A DNA stretch of 64,000 nt from Phormidesmis sp. (lineage in GTDB: Bacteria; Cyanobacteriota; Cyanobacteriia; Leptolyngbyales; Leptolyngbyaceae), in NCBI GenBank assembly GCA_965248535.1, contig CBDFJR010000002.1, positions 1,952,001-2,016,000 on the forward strand. The letters run 5' to 3'. Positions 9,571-17,586 of this stretch are shown one piece after another. A program made the position numbers and the translations under genes. The notes under the pieces were generated by a model. That model saw only the letters and a program-made list of their open reading frames with translations. It had not been told where the DNA came from and did no database searches. The first letter of the stretch is position 1. Each line of letters begins with the position of its first letter.

Positions 9571-11517
9571 GTGTATCAAAGTCATATCCAGCCCACTCAG
9601 CAAAGTTCAGAAGCGCTCCTGTGGCACAAGATGACTCAGGTAGTTGCTAATGTCCAACCAGAGGTTATTTTGTCTGAGATTGCTGCGATTTTAGGAGAAG
9701 AATTCAAGGTAGAAGGGTGTGTGATTTCAATCTGCCCTCAGCCCTCGGCTCAACACTCTGTTGCTAGCTGGTTTGGTAACCATTTGACGGCTGCCCAGCA
9801 AACCGGAATCTTGGCCACTTATTCAACCCTCGAAGCGGCCACCTTAGAGGCAGGTAGCCTGATTATTTCCGACTTACAGACCAGTGATCTGGTTCCTGCA
9901 TGGCGATCGTTCTCGATCGCATCTGTTTTATCAGTCGTCACTCGATTTCAAGGTCAAGTCAATGGAGCGATCAGTCTTATGCGATCCCAGTCTCATTCTT
10001 GGACAGAGCCAGAAGCAACCACCCTCACCACCGTGTCTGATCAGGTTGCTGCTACCGTTTCTCAACTTCTGCTTCAGCAACAAGTTTTTAAACAAGCTCA
10101 ATATCAATCACTGATTCGAGAGTTGACGATAGCCATCCAAAACTCAGTGGATTTGCCACAAATTCTCAAACTGGCCATTGACGGCACCGCCCAAGCTCTT
10201 CAGGTGGCTCAGGGTTCTGTGTTGCGCCTGAGATATTGGGACCCTCGCCATAATCTGCGTTCTCTAGACCGCATTCCTAAAGCCAGAGTGATCGTAGAAT
10301 GCCAGTGGCAACAGGAGCGTTTAACGGCGATCGCGCCAGAGCCACCCCAAAGCGCAAATCCTGCTAGCGAGACGCTTTTAAGTCAGTCTTTTTGGGTTTC
10401 AGAATGCGTCGTCTGTCAACACGCTGTCAATCACTCTGCCGAGCCGACGGTGTTTAGCGATCGTGGCGATTTTTCAACCCCGACAGAAACCACCGGAATC
10501 GCAGCTTTATTTGCACCTGAACGAATGCCGTCTCTATTGATGGTGCCTCTAGAGAGCAAAAATAAACTCCTAGGGTTCATCACCCTTCAGCACAATCAGC
10601 CTCGTGTCTGGCAACCTGACGAGATTGAGTTTGCAGAATTGGTGGGTGCTCAGATCAGCACTGCCATTATGCAAACTGAGACGCTGCGCCAGGTTGAGTC
10701 ACTCGTTGAAGAGCGCACGTCCCAGCTACAGCAGAGCTTAGAGCTTCAGGCAAAACTCTATGAGATCACCCGCCGCCAAATTGAAAAACTGCGAGAAATG
10801 AATCAACGCATGGATGAGTTTCTCAGCACGTTGAGCCATGAACTGCGAACGCCGCTGACCAGCATGATGCTAGCGATTCGGATGTTGCGTGAGGCAGATT
10901 TGCCGCCCGATCGTCGTGCTCAATATCTCAATATCCTAGAGCAGCAGTGTGTTCAGGAAACGAGTCTGATCAATGATTTGCTCGCCCTGCAAGAGCTAGA
11001 GAGCAAACAAGTCACGATTCAGCTTCAAAAAGTCGATGTGAAACAAGTGATCACTGACGTAAGTCAGTCTTTTTATCAGCGTTGGGCACCCAAAGAGCTA
11101 ACCTTAGAAATTGAGCTACCACCCCGATCGCCAGCGCTCAACACAGATCTAGCCAGTCTCAACCGAATTTTGTTAGAGCTATTGACCAACGCTGGAAAAT
11201 ATTCAGACCCCAACAGCACCGTTTTGGTCAAGGTTGCACCCCAAGCGGGACAGCAAATTGCGATCACTGTCTGCAACGATGGCCCTGGAATCTCAGCCGA
11301 AGAATTGCCCTACATTTTTGAGAAGTTTCGACGATGCCAAGGCATGACCCAAAATGCCGTGCCCGGAACGGGATTAGGACTGGCGCTCGTGAAGAGCTTA
11401 GTGCAGCACTTAAATGGCACGATCGAGGTCTCTAGTTTGCCGATCGCGGGCACCCAGTCGCTCGAAACTCGCTTTACGGTGACGCTGCCACAAAATCTTG
11501 AAATTGCCCTCACTTGA
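9571..11517 (+). CDS. GAF-GAF sensor histidine kinase
   Basis: Two GAF-like segments, SHELRTPL H-box, LLTNAGKY, GPGI, GTGLGL; N-terminus may extend further upstream. Confidence 0.9.
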   Translation: MYQSHIQPTQQSSEALLWHKMTQVVANVQPEVILSEIAAILGEEFKVEGCVISICPQPSAQHSVASWFGNHLTAAQQTGILATYSTLEAATLEAGSLIISDLQTSDLVPAWRSFSIASVLSVVTRFQGQVNGAISLMRSQSHSWTEPEATTLTTVSDQVAATVSQLLLQQQVFKQAQYQSLIRELTIAIQNSVDLPQILKLAIDGTAQALQVAQGSVLRLRYWDPRHNLRSLDRIPKARVIVECQWQQERLTAIAPEPPQSANPASETLLSQSFWVSECVVCQHAVNHSAEPTVFSDRGDFSTPTETTGIAALFAPERMPSLLMVPLESKNKLLGFITLQHNQPRVWQPDEIEFAELVGAQISTAIMQTETLRQVESLVEERTSQLQQSLELQAKLYEITRRQIEKLREMNQRMDEFLSTLSHELRTPLTSMMLAIRMLREADLPPDRRAQYLNILEQQCVQETSLINDLLALQELESKQVTIQLQKVDVKQVITDVSQSFYQRWAPKELTLEIELPPRSPALNTDLASLNRILLELLTNAGKYSDPNSTVLVKVAPQAGQQIAITVCNDGPGISAEELPYIFEKFRRCQGMTQNAVPGTGLGLALVKSLVQHLNGTIEVSSLPIAGTQSLETRFTVTLPQNLEIALT

Positions 11518-11688
11518 GTTCTGATTCGGATTCGATCGGTTGGAGGTTGTAGCTAATCTCTGCAAAAACTGGATTATATTTTGAGAGGAATTCTTTGAGA
11601 AGAATTCTCATGCCTCTTTGCAAATTCAGTGAGGGAATCGAGGCTTTCCAGATTCAAGCGGGAAGACTGGCTATAATAACCTGAAGCT

Positions 11689-13374
11689 ATGTTGCAAACC
11701 CTCTCACCCAAACCTCTGCGCTGGCAACAGCAAACCAAGTCTCCACTGGCGCGTCAAGTGGATGTTTCTCTGTCGGCTGCTCAGTTTGCTTTTTATCTGT
11801 GGTGGGACAGTCACATTGCAAACCGTTCTCCAGCCCGCCGCGATCGCCGCGCTCAATGGCTGGTTAGCACTTTACTCAATTTAGGCCCGACGTTTATCAA
11901 GATTGGGCAAGCGCTCTCGACTCGCGCAGATTTGCTGCCGATCGAATATGTCAAGGCGCTCTCACAGCTTCAAGATCGCGTCCCAGAATTTGGCGCTGAC
12001 CAAGCGATCGCCATTATTGAATCAGAACTGAATGGCCCCCTGCACACGCTTTATTGTGAGTTTGATCGGGTGCCTCTAGCTGCCGCGAGTTTAGGACAGG
12101 TTCATCGCGCCAGACTGCACACGGGCGAAGAAGTCGTGGTCAAAGTGCAGCGTCCTGGACTCGACCAATTATTTGACTTAGATCTCAAAGTTTTAGATCG
12201 CGTCGTTCGGTTGAGCACTCGATATTCGGCGATCGCCCGACAATACGATCTCGGTGCGATTTATCAAGAGTTTGCCGAAATTCTCTATAAAGAGGTCGAT
12301 TATGTTCAAGAAGCGATGAACGCCGATCGCTTTCGCCATAATTTCGTCGATCACCCTCGCATTGTGGTGCCCAAGATTTATCCGCGCTACACCACAAAGC
12401 GCGTGTTGACCATGGAGTATGTGCCCGGCATCAAAGTCAACGATCGTCGCAGCCTAGAAGCGATCGGCATCGATCCCAAAGATATCAATCATTTAGGCAT
12501 TTGTGCTTATCTGAAGCAGTTGCTGCAAGACGGCTTCTTTCAAGCTGATCCCCATCCCGGCAATATGGCAGTGACGATCGACGGACGGCTGATCTTCTAT
12601 GACTTTGGCATGATGGCAGAAGTGATGCCGATCAACCGCGATCAGATGGTCAAGACCTTCTTCGCCGTTTTAAAAAAAGACACCGACGAAGTGATTCACA
12701 CGCTGACTGATATGGGCTTAATTGAGCCAATGTCAGACATGACCCCTGTGCGGCGCGTCTTAGGGTTTTTAATCGATCGCTTCACCGATAAGCCCGTCGA
12801 ACTGCAAGCCTTTAAGAATTTGCGAAACGAGCTATACACCCTGTTTGAAAAGCAGCCCTTTCGACTGCCTGCCAAGATGACGTTTATCATCAAGGCGTTG
12901 ACAACGCTAGACGGGGTGGCTCGCGATTTAGATCCGCAATATAGCCTGCTGATTGCTGCAAAACCCTTTGTCAAGAGTCTGGTGACCACGGCCCCCAAAA
13001 ATCACGGCAGTGGGTTGGGTGAGTTGGTGCGCCAAGCTCAAAGTTTTCTGACCTATCAGATTCGCAAACCCAACTCGGCAGACCTGACGATTCAGCGACT
13101 CGAAGCGCGACTCGAACAAGGCGAATTTCAAATTCGAGTCCAATCAGAGAGCGATCGCCACCTCAAAACCCTACACTTGGCGGTGAAGTCCCTAATTTAC
13201 GCCTGCTTAACGGGGTTTTCGGGCTTGTCAGGAGTGGTGCTGCTCGTGGGGGCTTATCAAGGAGGTGCGATCGCGAGTTTTGTCGTCGCGGGCGTGTTTG
13301 GCGTTTTTCTAATCAAATCGCTGGTGCGACTCGCCTTGAGAGAACGGCTCGAATCACTGCGGAATCCCTCTTGA
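11689..13374 (+). CDS. ABC1/UbiB/AarF family atypical kinase
   Basis: LGPTFIKIGQ, AAASLGQVH, VVKVQRP, FFQADPHPGN, YDFGMM; C-terminal TM helices. Confidence 0.93.
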   Translation: MLQTLSPKPLRWQQQTKSPLARQVDVSLSAAQFAFYLWWDSHIANRSPARRDRRAQWLVSTLLNLGPTFIKIGQALSTRADLLPIEYVKALSQLQDRVPEFGADQAIAIIESELNGPLHTLYCEFDRVPLAAASLGQVHRARLHTGEEVVVKVQRPGLDQLFDLDLKVLDRVVRLSTRYSAIARQYDLGAIYQEFAEILYKEVDYVQEAMNADRFRHNFVDHPRIVVPKIYPRYTTKRVLTMEYVPGIKVNDRRSLEAIGIDPKDINHLGICAYLKQLLQDGFFQADPHPGNMAVTIDGRLIFYDFGMMAEVMPINRDQMVKTFFAVLKKDTDEVIHTLTDMGLIEPMSDMTPVRRVLGFLIDRFTDKPVELQAFKNLRNELYTLFEKQPFRLPAKMTFIIKALTTLDGVARDLDPQYSLLIAAKPFVKSLVTTAPKNHGSGLGELVRQAQSFLTYQIRKPNSADLTIQRLEARLEQGEFQIRVQSESDRHLKTLHLAVKSLIYACLTGFSGLSGVVLLVGAYQGGAIASFVVAGVFGVFLIKSLVRLALRERLESLRNPS

Positions 13375-13510
13375 CACTCCCACGGCTCCGCAAAGCTAAA
13401 GCCGTGGGATTCTTGATTCAATGAAACCACTTAACCTAGAGTCCTTGCGTCATCTAGACCAGAGGTGGGATTCTCCCCAAGCGTTAATTCGGGTATGCCC
13501 TACCCTATTT
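13371..13510 (-). ncRNA. Putative TnpB omegaRNA/reRNA scaffold
   Basis: GGGCATACCCGAATTAACGCTTGGGGAGAA...TTGAATCAAGAATCCCACGG...TCAA resembles tnpB 3'-end/right-end RNA scaffolds; 5' boundary uncertain. Confidence 0.6.
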
Positions 13511-13888
13511 GCGCTTCTTACTCAGTTGCCTGCGACGGGAAACTCGTCTTCAGCACTGAGCGCCGCAAGTCCTGTTTAAGTTTGAAGCAGATAGGCCTCA
13601 AAATGCTGTTTGTCTAGCTCCTCTGAATCTTTTACCTACTGCGAGGGGGAGTCTAGAAAAATGCAGTAGAACCGCATAGATTCAATTTTCAAGGTTCAGC
13701 GTGTCTCTCGACAGCAAGGTTTTTTAAGTGGTTGATTACCTTTCCACAAGTACAAAATTATCACAAATCGGAGTGCGATTTCATGAAGATTGCTGGACTC
13801 TGCCTGCTGCCGCAGGCGCGAGAACCCTCGCTACATCCCACGGCTGAAGCACGATGGGTTTTGCGGGTTCTCAGGCTCTCCCGTTTCT
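13371..13888 (-). mobile_element. Non-autonomous IS200/IS605-family element (no tnpA, tnpB deleted)
   Basis: Minus-strand right end AAGAATCCCACGGCT...AGCCGTGGGAGTGTCAA; left-end hairpin CCCATCGTGCTTCAGCCGTGGG; preceded by target TTAT; residual tnpB-like tail RVGHTRINAWGE; no terminal inverted repeats or target duplication. Confidence 0.85.
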
Positions 13889-14017
13889 ATAAAATCGCCG
13901 TGCTGATTAATTTGTCCCCCACAAAATCCGTCTAGGGTGTAGAAAGGATCAGGGATGTCGGTTGCCTCCCATCCATCCCAGTAGACTGTCCTTTCTAATC
14001 TCTCTGCACACGGCGCT

Positions 14018-15796
14018 ATGGTTTCTACGGTTTTCTCAAAAGATTTTCAGCGTTATTGGCTGTTGGTTTTGCTGGCGATCGTGACTGCGATCGCTCTCAG
14101 TGCCTGCAACCCTCAACTCTATCGAACGTCGGCCGCGCAAGTGCCCCAACTGGTTGACTCAACTCTCAGCGACCCTAAAAGCTTTAACTATGCGCTGATT
14201 AACGAAGACCCCAGCATCGCCACCCTGATGTATGAGGGGTTGATTACCGAAAATGGCTTAACCGGGGCCGTTGAGCCAGCCCTAGCCGAATCGTGGACGA
14301 TCTCCGAGGACAAAAAACGCATTCAGTTCACCCTGCGTCCGGGGTTGCAGTGGTCGGATGGAGAACCGCTCACCGTCGAGGATGTGCTGTTTACCTTCCA
14401 AGATATTTTTCTCAACCCAGCCATTCCAACCGACATTCAAGACGTGTTGCGGATTGGCAAAAGTCGCGTCTTTCCCACGGTGCGAAAAGTGGACGATCGC
14501 CGCATTGAGTTCACCACGCCAGAACCGTTTGCCCCGTTTTTAAGAGCCTTAGGGTTGGCAATTTTGCCTAAACACGTTTTGCAAGAGGTCGTCAAAACCA
14601 AAGGTCGCGACGGCAACCCTCTTTTTCTCTCGACTTGGGGCACCGGAACTGATCCCAAAAAGATCATTTGCAACGGCCCTTATTTGCTCGACGGCTACGC
14701 AACCAGTCAGCGGGTCATCTTTCGCCGCAACCCTTACTATTGGCGTAAAGATGCTCAAGGGAAGTCTCAACCCTATATTGAGCGCATTGTTTGGAGTGTT
14801 GTAGAAAATCAAAACACGAGTTTGCTGCAATTCCGATCGGGCGGACAAGATCTCTCAGAGCCAATTCGACCCGAAGATTTCACGCTCTTAAAGCAAGAAG
14901 AAAAGCGCGGCAAATTTACGCTAAAAATGGGCGGCCCGCGACCGATTACGACGTTTATGGCCTTTAACCTCAACCAGGGCCGCCGCAAAGGAAAACCCCT
15001 CGTTGACCCCATTAAAGCGAAGTGGTTTAACAACGTCAAATTTAGACAAGCTGTGGCCTACGCCATCGATCGCGACAAGATGAACAACAATATCTATCGC
15101 GGGCTAGGGGCTTTGGTCGAGTCGATCATCATGGAGCAAAGTCCTTATTATGTGCCGCCTCAGCCGGATAAAATTTATCGATTTGACCCCAAAAAATCTA
15201 AGCAACTGCTGACCGAAGCGGGCTTTAAATATGACGCAAACGGTCAGCTATCAGATGCAGGTGGGCATCGAGTCCGCTTTAACTTGATGACCAATGCGGG
15301 CAACACGATTAGAGAAGCCTCGATCGCGCAGATCAAACAAGACTTGGGCAAAATCGGGATGCAGGTTGATTTGAATCCGATCAATTTCAACACGATGATC
15401 GACAAGCTTGACAACACGCTAGATTGGGATGCTTATTTGATGGCAATGGGCAACTCGCGAGAGCCAAATTCGGGGTCTAATATTTGGTCGCCGGATGGGT
15501 CATCCCATAACTTTAATCAGCCATCGCTGCCCGGCAAGCCGATCGAAAATCGCGTCGTGGCTGAGTGGGAGGCAGAAATCGGTCGTCTATATATTGAGGG
15601 CGCGCAGGAGCTTGACGAAACCAAACGCAAAGCGATCTATGGCAAAATTCAGCAAATTGCCCATGAGAATTTGCCCTGGATCACCTTGATGAATGCACGA
15701 GTCATGGCGGCAGTGCGCGATCGGGTGCAAGGCATAAACTATCCTGAGTTGGGCAGCGCCTTGTGGAACATTCAAGACTTAAAAGTTGTGGATTGA
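14018..15796 (+). CDS. Peptide/nickel ABC transporter substrate-binding lipoprotein (family 5)
   Basis: Lipobox LSAC, EPALAESW, LQWSDGEPLT, FRQAVAYAIDR. Confidence 0.9.
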   Translation: MVSTVFSKDFQRYWLLVLLAIVTAIALSACNPQLYRTSAAQVPQLVDSTLSDPKSFNYALINEDPSIATLMYEGLITENGLTGAVEPALAESWTISEDKKRIQFTLRPGLQWSDGEPLTVEDVLFTFQDIFLNPAIPTDIQDVLRIGKSRVFPTVRKVDDRRIEFTTPEPFAPFLRALGLAILPKHVLQEVVKTKGRDGNPLFLSTWGTGTDPKKIICNGPYLLDGYATSQRVIFRRNPYYWRKDAQGKSQPYIERIVWSVVENQNTSLLQFRSGGQDLSEPIRPEDFTLLKQEEKRGKFTLKMGGPRPITTFMAFNLNQGRRKGKPLVDPIKAKWFNNVKFRQAVAYAIDRDKMNNNIYRGLGALVESIIMEQSPYYVPPQPDKIYRFDPKKSKQLLTEAGFKYDANGQLSDAGGHRVRFNLMTNAGNTIREASIAQIKQDLGKIGMQVDLNPINFNTMIDKLDNTLDWDAYLMAMGNSREPNSGSNIWSPDGSSHNFNQPSLPGKPIENRVVAEWEAEIGRLYIEGAQELDETKRKAIYGKIQQIAHENLPWITLMNARVMAAVRDRVQGINYPELGSALWNIQDLKVVD

Positions 15797-15821
15797 ACAT
15801 TTCTCTCTGGATTGAGAAAAG

Positions 15822-15851
15822 CTTAACAAAACCTTGATAGCTCGTTAATCA
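15822..15851 (+). promoter_or_regulatory. Putative Pho box (SphR site)
   Basis: CTTAACAA/CTTGATAG/GTTAATCA at 11-bp spacing, about 47 nt upstream of phoD. Confidence 0.65.
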
Positions 15852-15897
15852 CGGATTGGTAGGGTTCTGTTAACTACTGACATAACCCTATACCGTC

Positions 15898-17472
15898 ATG
15901 AATTGGTACGATTCTTCACGTCTATTCTCGGCAGACTTTAAACGACGCGATCTGCTCCGGGGGGCTGGTCTCTTGACAGGACTGGCGATCGCCACCCAGT
16001 TTCCGCAACAGGTGATTGCTCAACCTCGATTTTCGGGCTATCCGTTTACGTTGGGAGTTGCCTCTGGCGATCCTCTCGCCGATGGCATTGTGCTGTGGAC
16101 ACGGCTGGCACCCGATCCGCTCAATGGGGGCGGAATGCCGAACCACAGTGTGCCTGTGCGCTGGCAAATTGCCACCGACGAAGGGATGAGGCAAATTGTC
16201 AAATCTGGCACCGAACTGGCGATCGCCGAGTTTGCCCATTCTGTTCACGTCGATGTGCGCGGGCTGCAACCCGGTCGTCACTATTGGTATCGGTTTAAGG
16301 CAGGCAATGAAATTAGCCCGATCGGTCGCACCCGCACCGCGCCCGCGAGAGGTCAGCGATTAGATCGGCTGCGTTTTGCTCTGGTCAACTGTCAAGACTG
16401 GCAAAACGGCTACTACACCGCTTATAAGCACGTTGCTGAGGAAGATCTGGATCTGGTGGTGCACGTCGGGGACTATATCTATGAATATGGGCCTCAACCC
16501 GGCGGCCCGCGTCAGCACAATAGCCCTGAAATCATCACCCTCGCCGATTATCGCAACCGTTATGCTCTCTATAAAGGGGATGCCAATCTTCAGGCGGCTC
16601 ATGCAGCCTTTGCTTGGGCTGTCACCTGGGATGATCACGAAGTTGCCAACAATTACGCCAACGATATTTCTGAAAACAAAGACCCGATCGACCAATTCTT
16701 AATTCGCCGCGCCGCCGCTTATCAAGCCTATTATGAGCATATGCCGCTGCGTCGGTTGTCACTGCCCGATGGGGCTGACCTGCGCCTCTATCGCCGCTTG
16801 CAGTTTGGGGATCTGGCTCAGTTCCACATTTTAGACACTCGCCAATATCGCACCGATCAACCCTGTGGGGATGGTCTCAAACCGATCTGTGATGCCACCC
16901 TTGACCCCAACGCCACGCTGACCGGGCAGACCCAAGAGCGCTGGCTGTTTGAAGGATTGAAGCGATCGCCCGCTCGATGGAATGTGATCGCCCAGCAAGT
17001 TATGTTTTCGCAGTTTGACTTTGATCCGCGCCCAGAGGTGCAAGTGTTTAACATGGATCAGTGGGATGGCTATGTGGCAGCCCGCAATCGGGTGTTGGCG
17101 TTTCTCGATCGACAGCGCCCGTCTAACCCGATCGTGCTAGCGGGTGACATTCACTCTAGCTGGGTTCACAATATCAAGCGTGACTTTAATCAACCCGACT
17201 CGCCGACGATCGCGACCGAGTTTGTAGCTACCTCGATCACGTCTGACTTTCCGACTCAGTTTATTCAGCCTGTGACCCTAGCGCTGTCTAACAACCCTCA
17301 CACCAAATTCTTTAACGGGGCTTTGCGGGGCTATGTTCGCTGTGATCTCAACCGCAAGCAGTGGCAGAGTGATTATCGAGTCGTGTCTACCATTCGGCAA
17401 CCCGAAGCCACCATTAGCACACTGGCATCGTTTGTGGTCGAAAATGGTCAACCGGGCGCTCAACGGGCTTAA
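15898..17472 (+). CDS. phoD: Alkaline phosphatase D, Tat-exported
   Basis: RRDLL twin-arginine signal, GVASGDP, GDYIYE, WDDHEV, DTRQYR, DQWDGY, GDIH. Confidence 0.93.
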   Translation: MNWYDSSRLFSADFKRRDLLRGAGLLTGLAIATQFPQQVIAQPRFSGYPFTLGVASGDPLADGIVLWTRLAPDPLNGGGMPNHSVPVRWQIATDEGMRQIVKSGTELAIAEFAHSVHVDVRGLQPGRHYWYRFKAGNEISPIGRTRTAPARGQRLDRLRFALVNCQDWQNGYYTAYKHVAEEDLDLVVHVGDYIYEYGPQPGGPRQHNSPEIITLADYRNRYALYKGDANLQAAHAAFAWAVTWDDHEVANNYANDISENKDPIDQFLIRRAAAYQAYYEHMPLRRLSLPDGADLRLYRRLQFGDLAQFHILDTRQYRTDQPCGDGLKPICDATLDPNATLTGQTQERWLFEGLKRSPARWNVIAQQVMFSQFDFDPRPEVQVFNMDQWDGYVAARNRVLAFLDRQRPSNPIVLAGDIHSSWVHNIKRDFNQPDSPTIATEFVATSITSDFPTQFIQPVTLALSNNPHTKFFNGALRGYVRCDLNRKQWQSDYRVVSTIRQPEATISTLASFVVENGQPGAQRA

Positions 17473-17518
17473 CTCAGTCGGGGCGGACTAGATTGCGGAG
17501 GCTCAAGCCTTTAGTCAA

Positions 17519-17558
17519 GGTTGATCTCAGAGACTATTCGTGATATCTGAGATCAACC
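17519..17558. other. 13-bp perfect inverted repeat (hairpin; terminator or stabiliser)
   Basis: GGTTGATCTCAGA-N14-TCTGAGATCAACC between phoD and the second binding-protein gene. Confidence 0.55.
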
Positions 17559-17586
17559 CCTAGTCGCGCCTTTCATTCTTTGAGCG

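Noticed and set aside
13520..13560. Possible hammerhead ribozyme (CTGAAGA plus stem) in the mini-element
   Set aside because: The required GAAA after stem II is absent
13732..13935. 67-aa ORF across the element's left end
   Set aside because: Crosses the element boundary and has no transposase motifs; likely spurious
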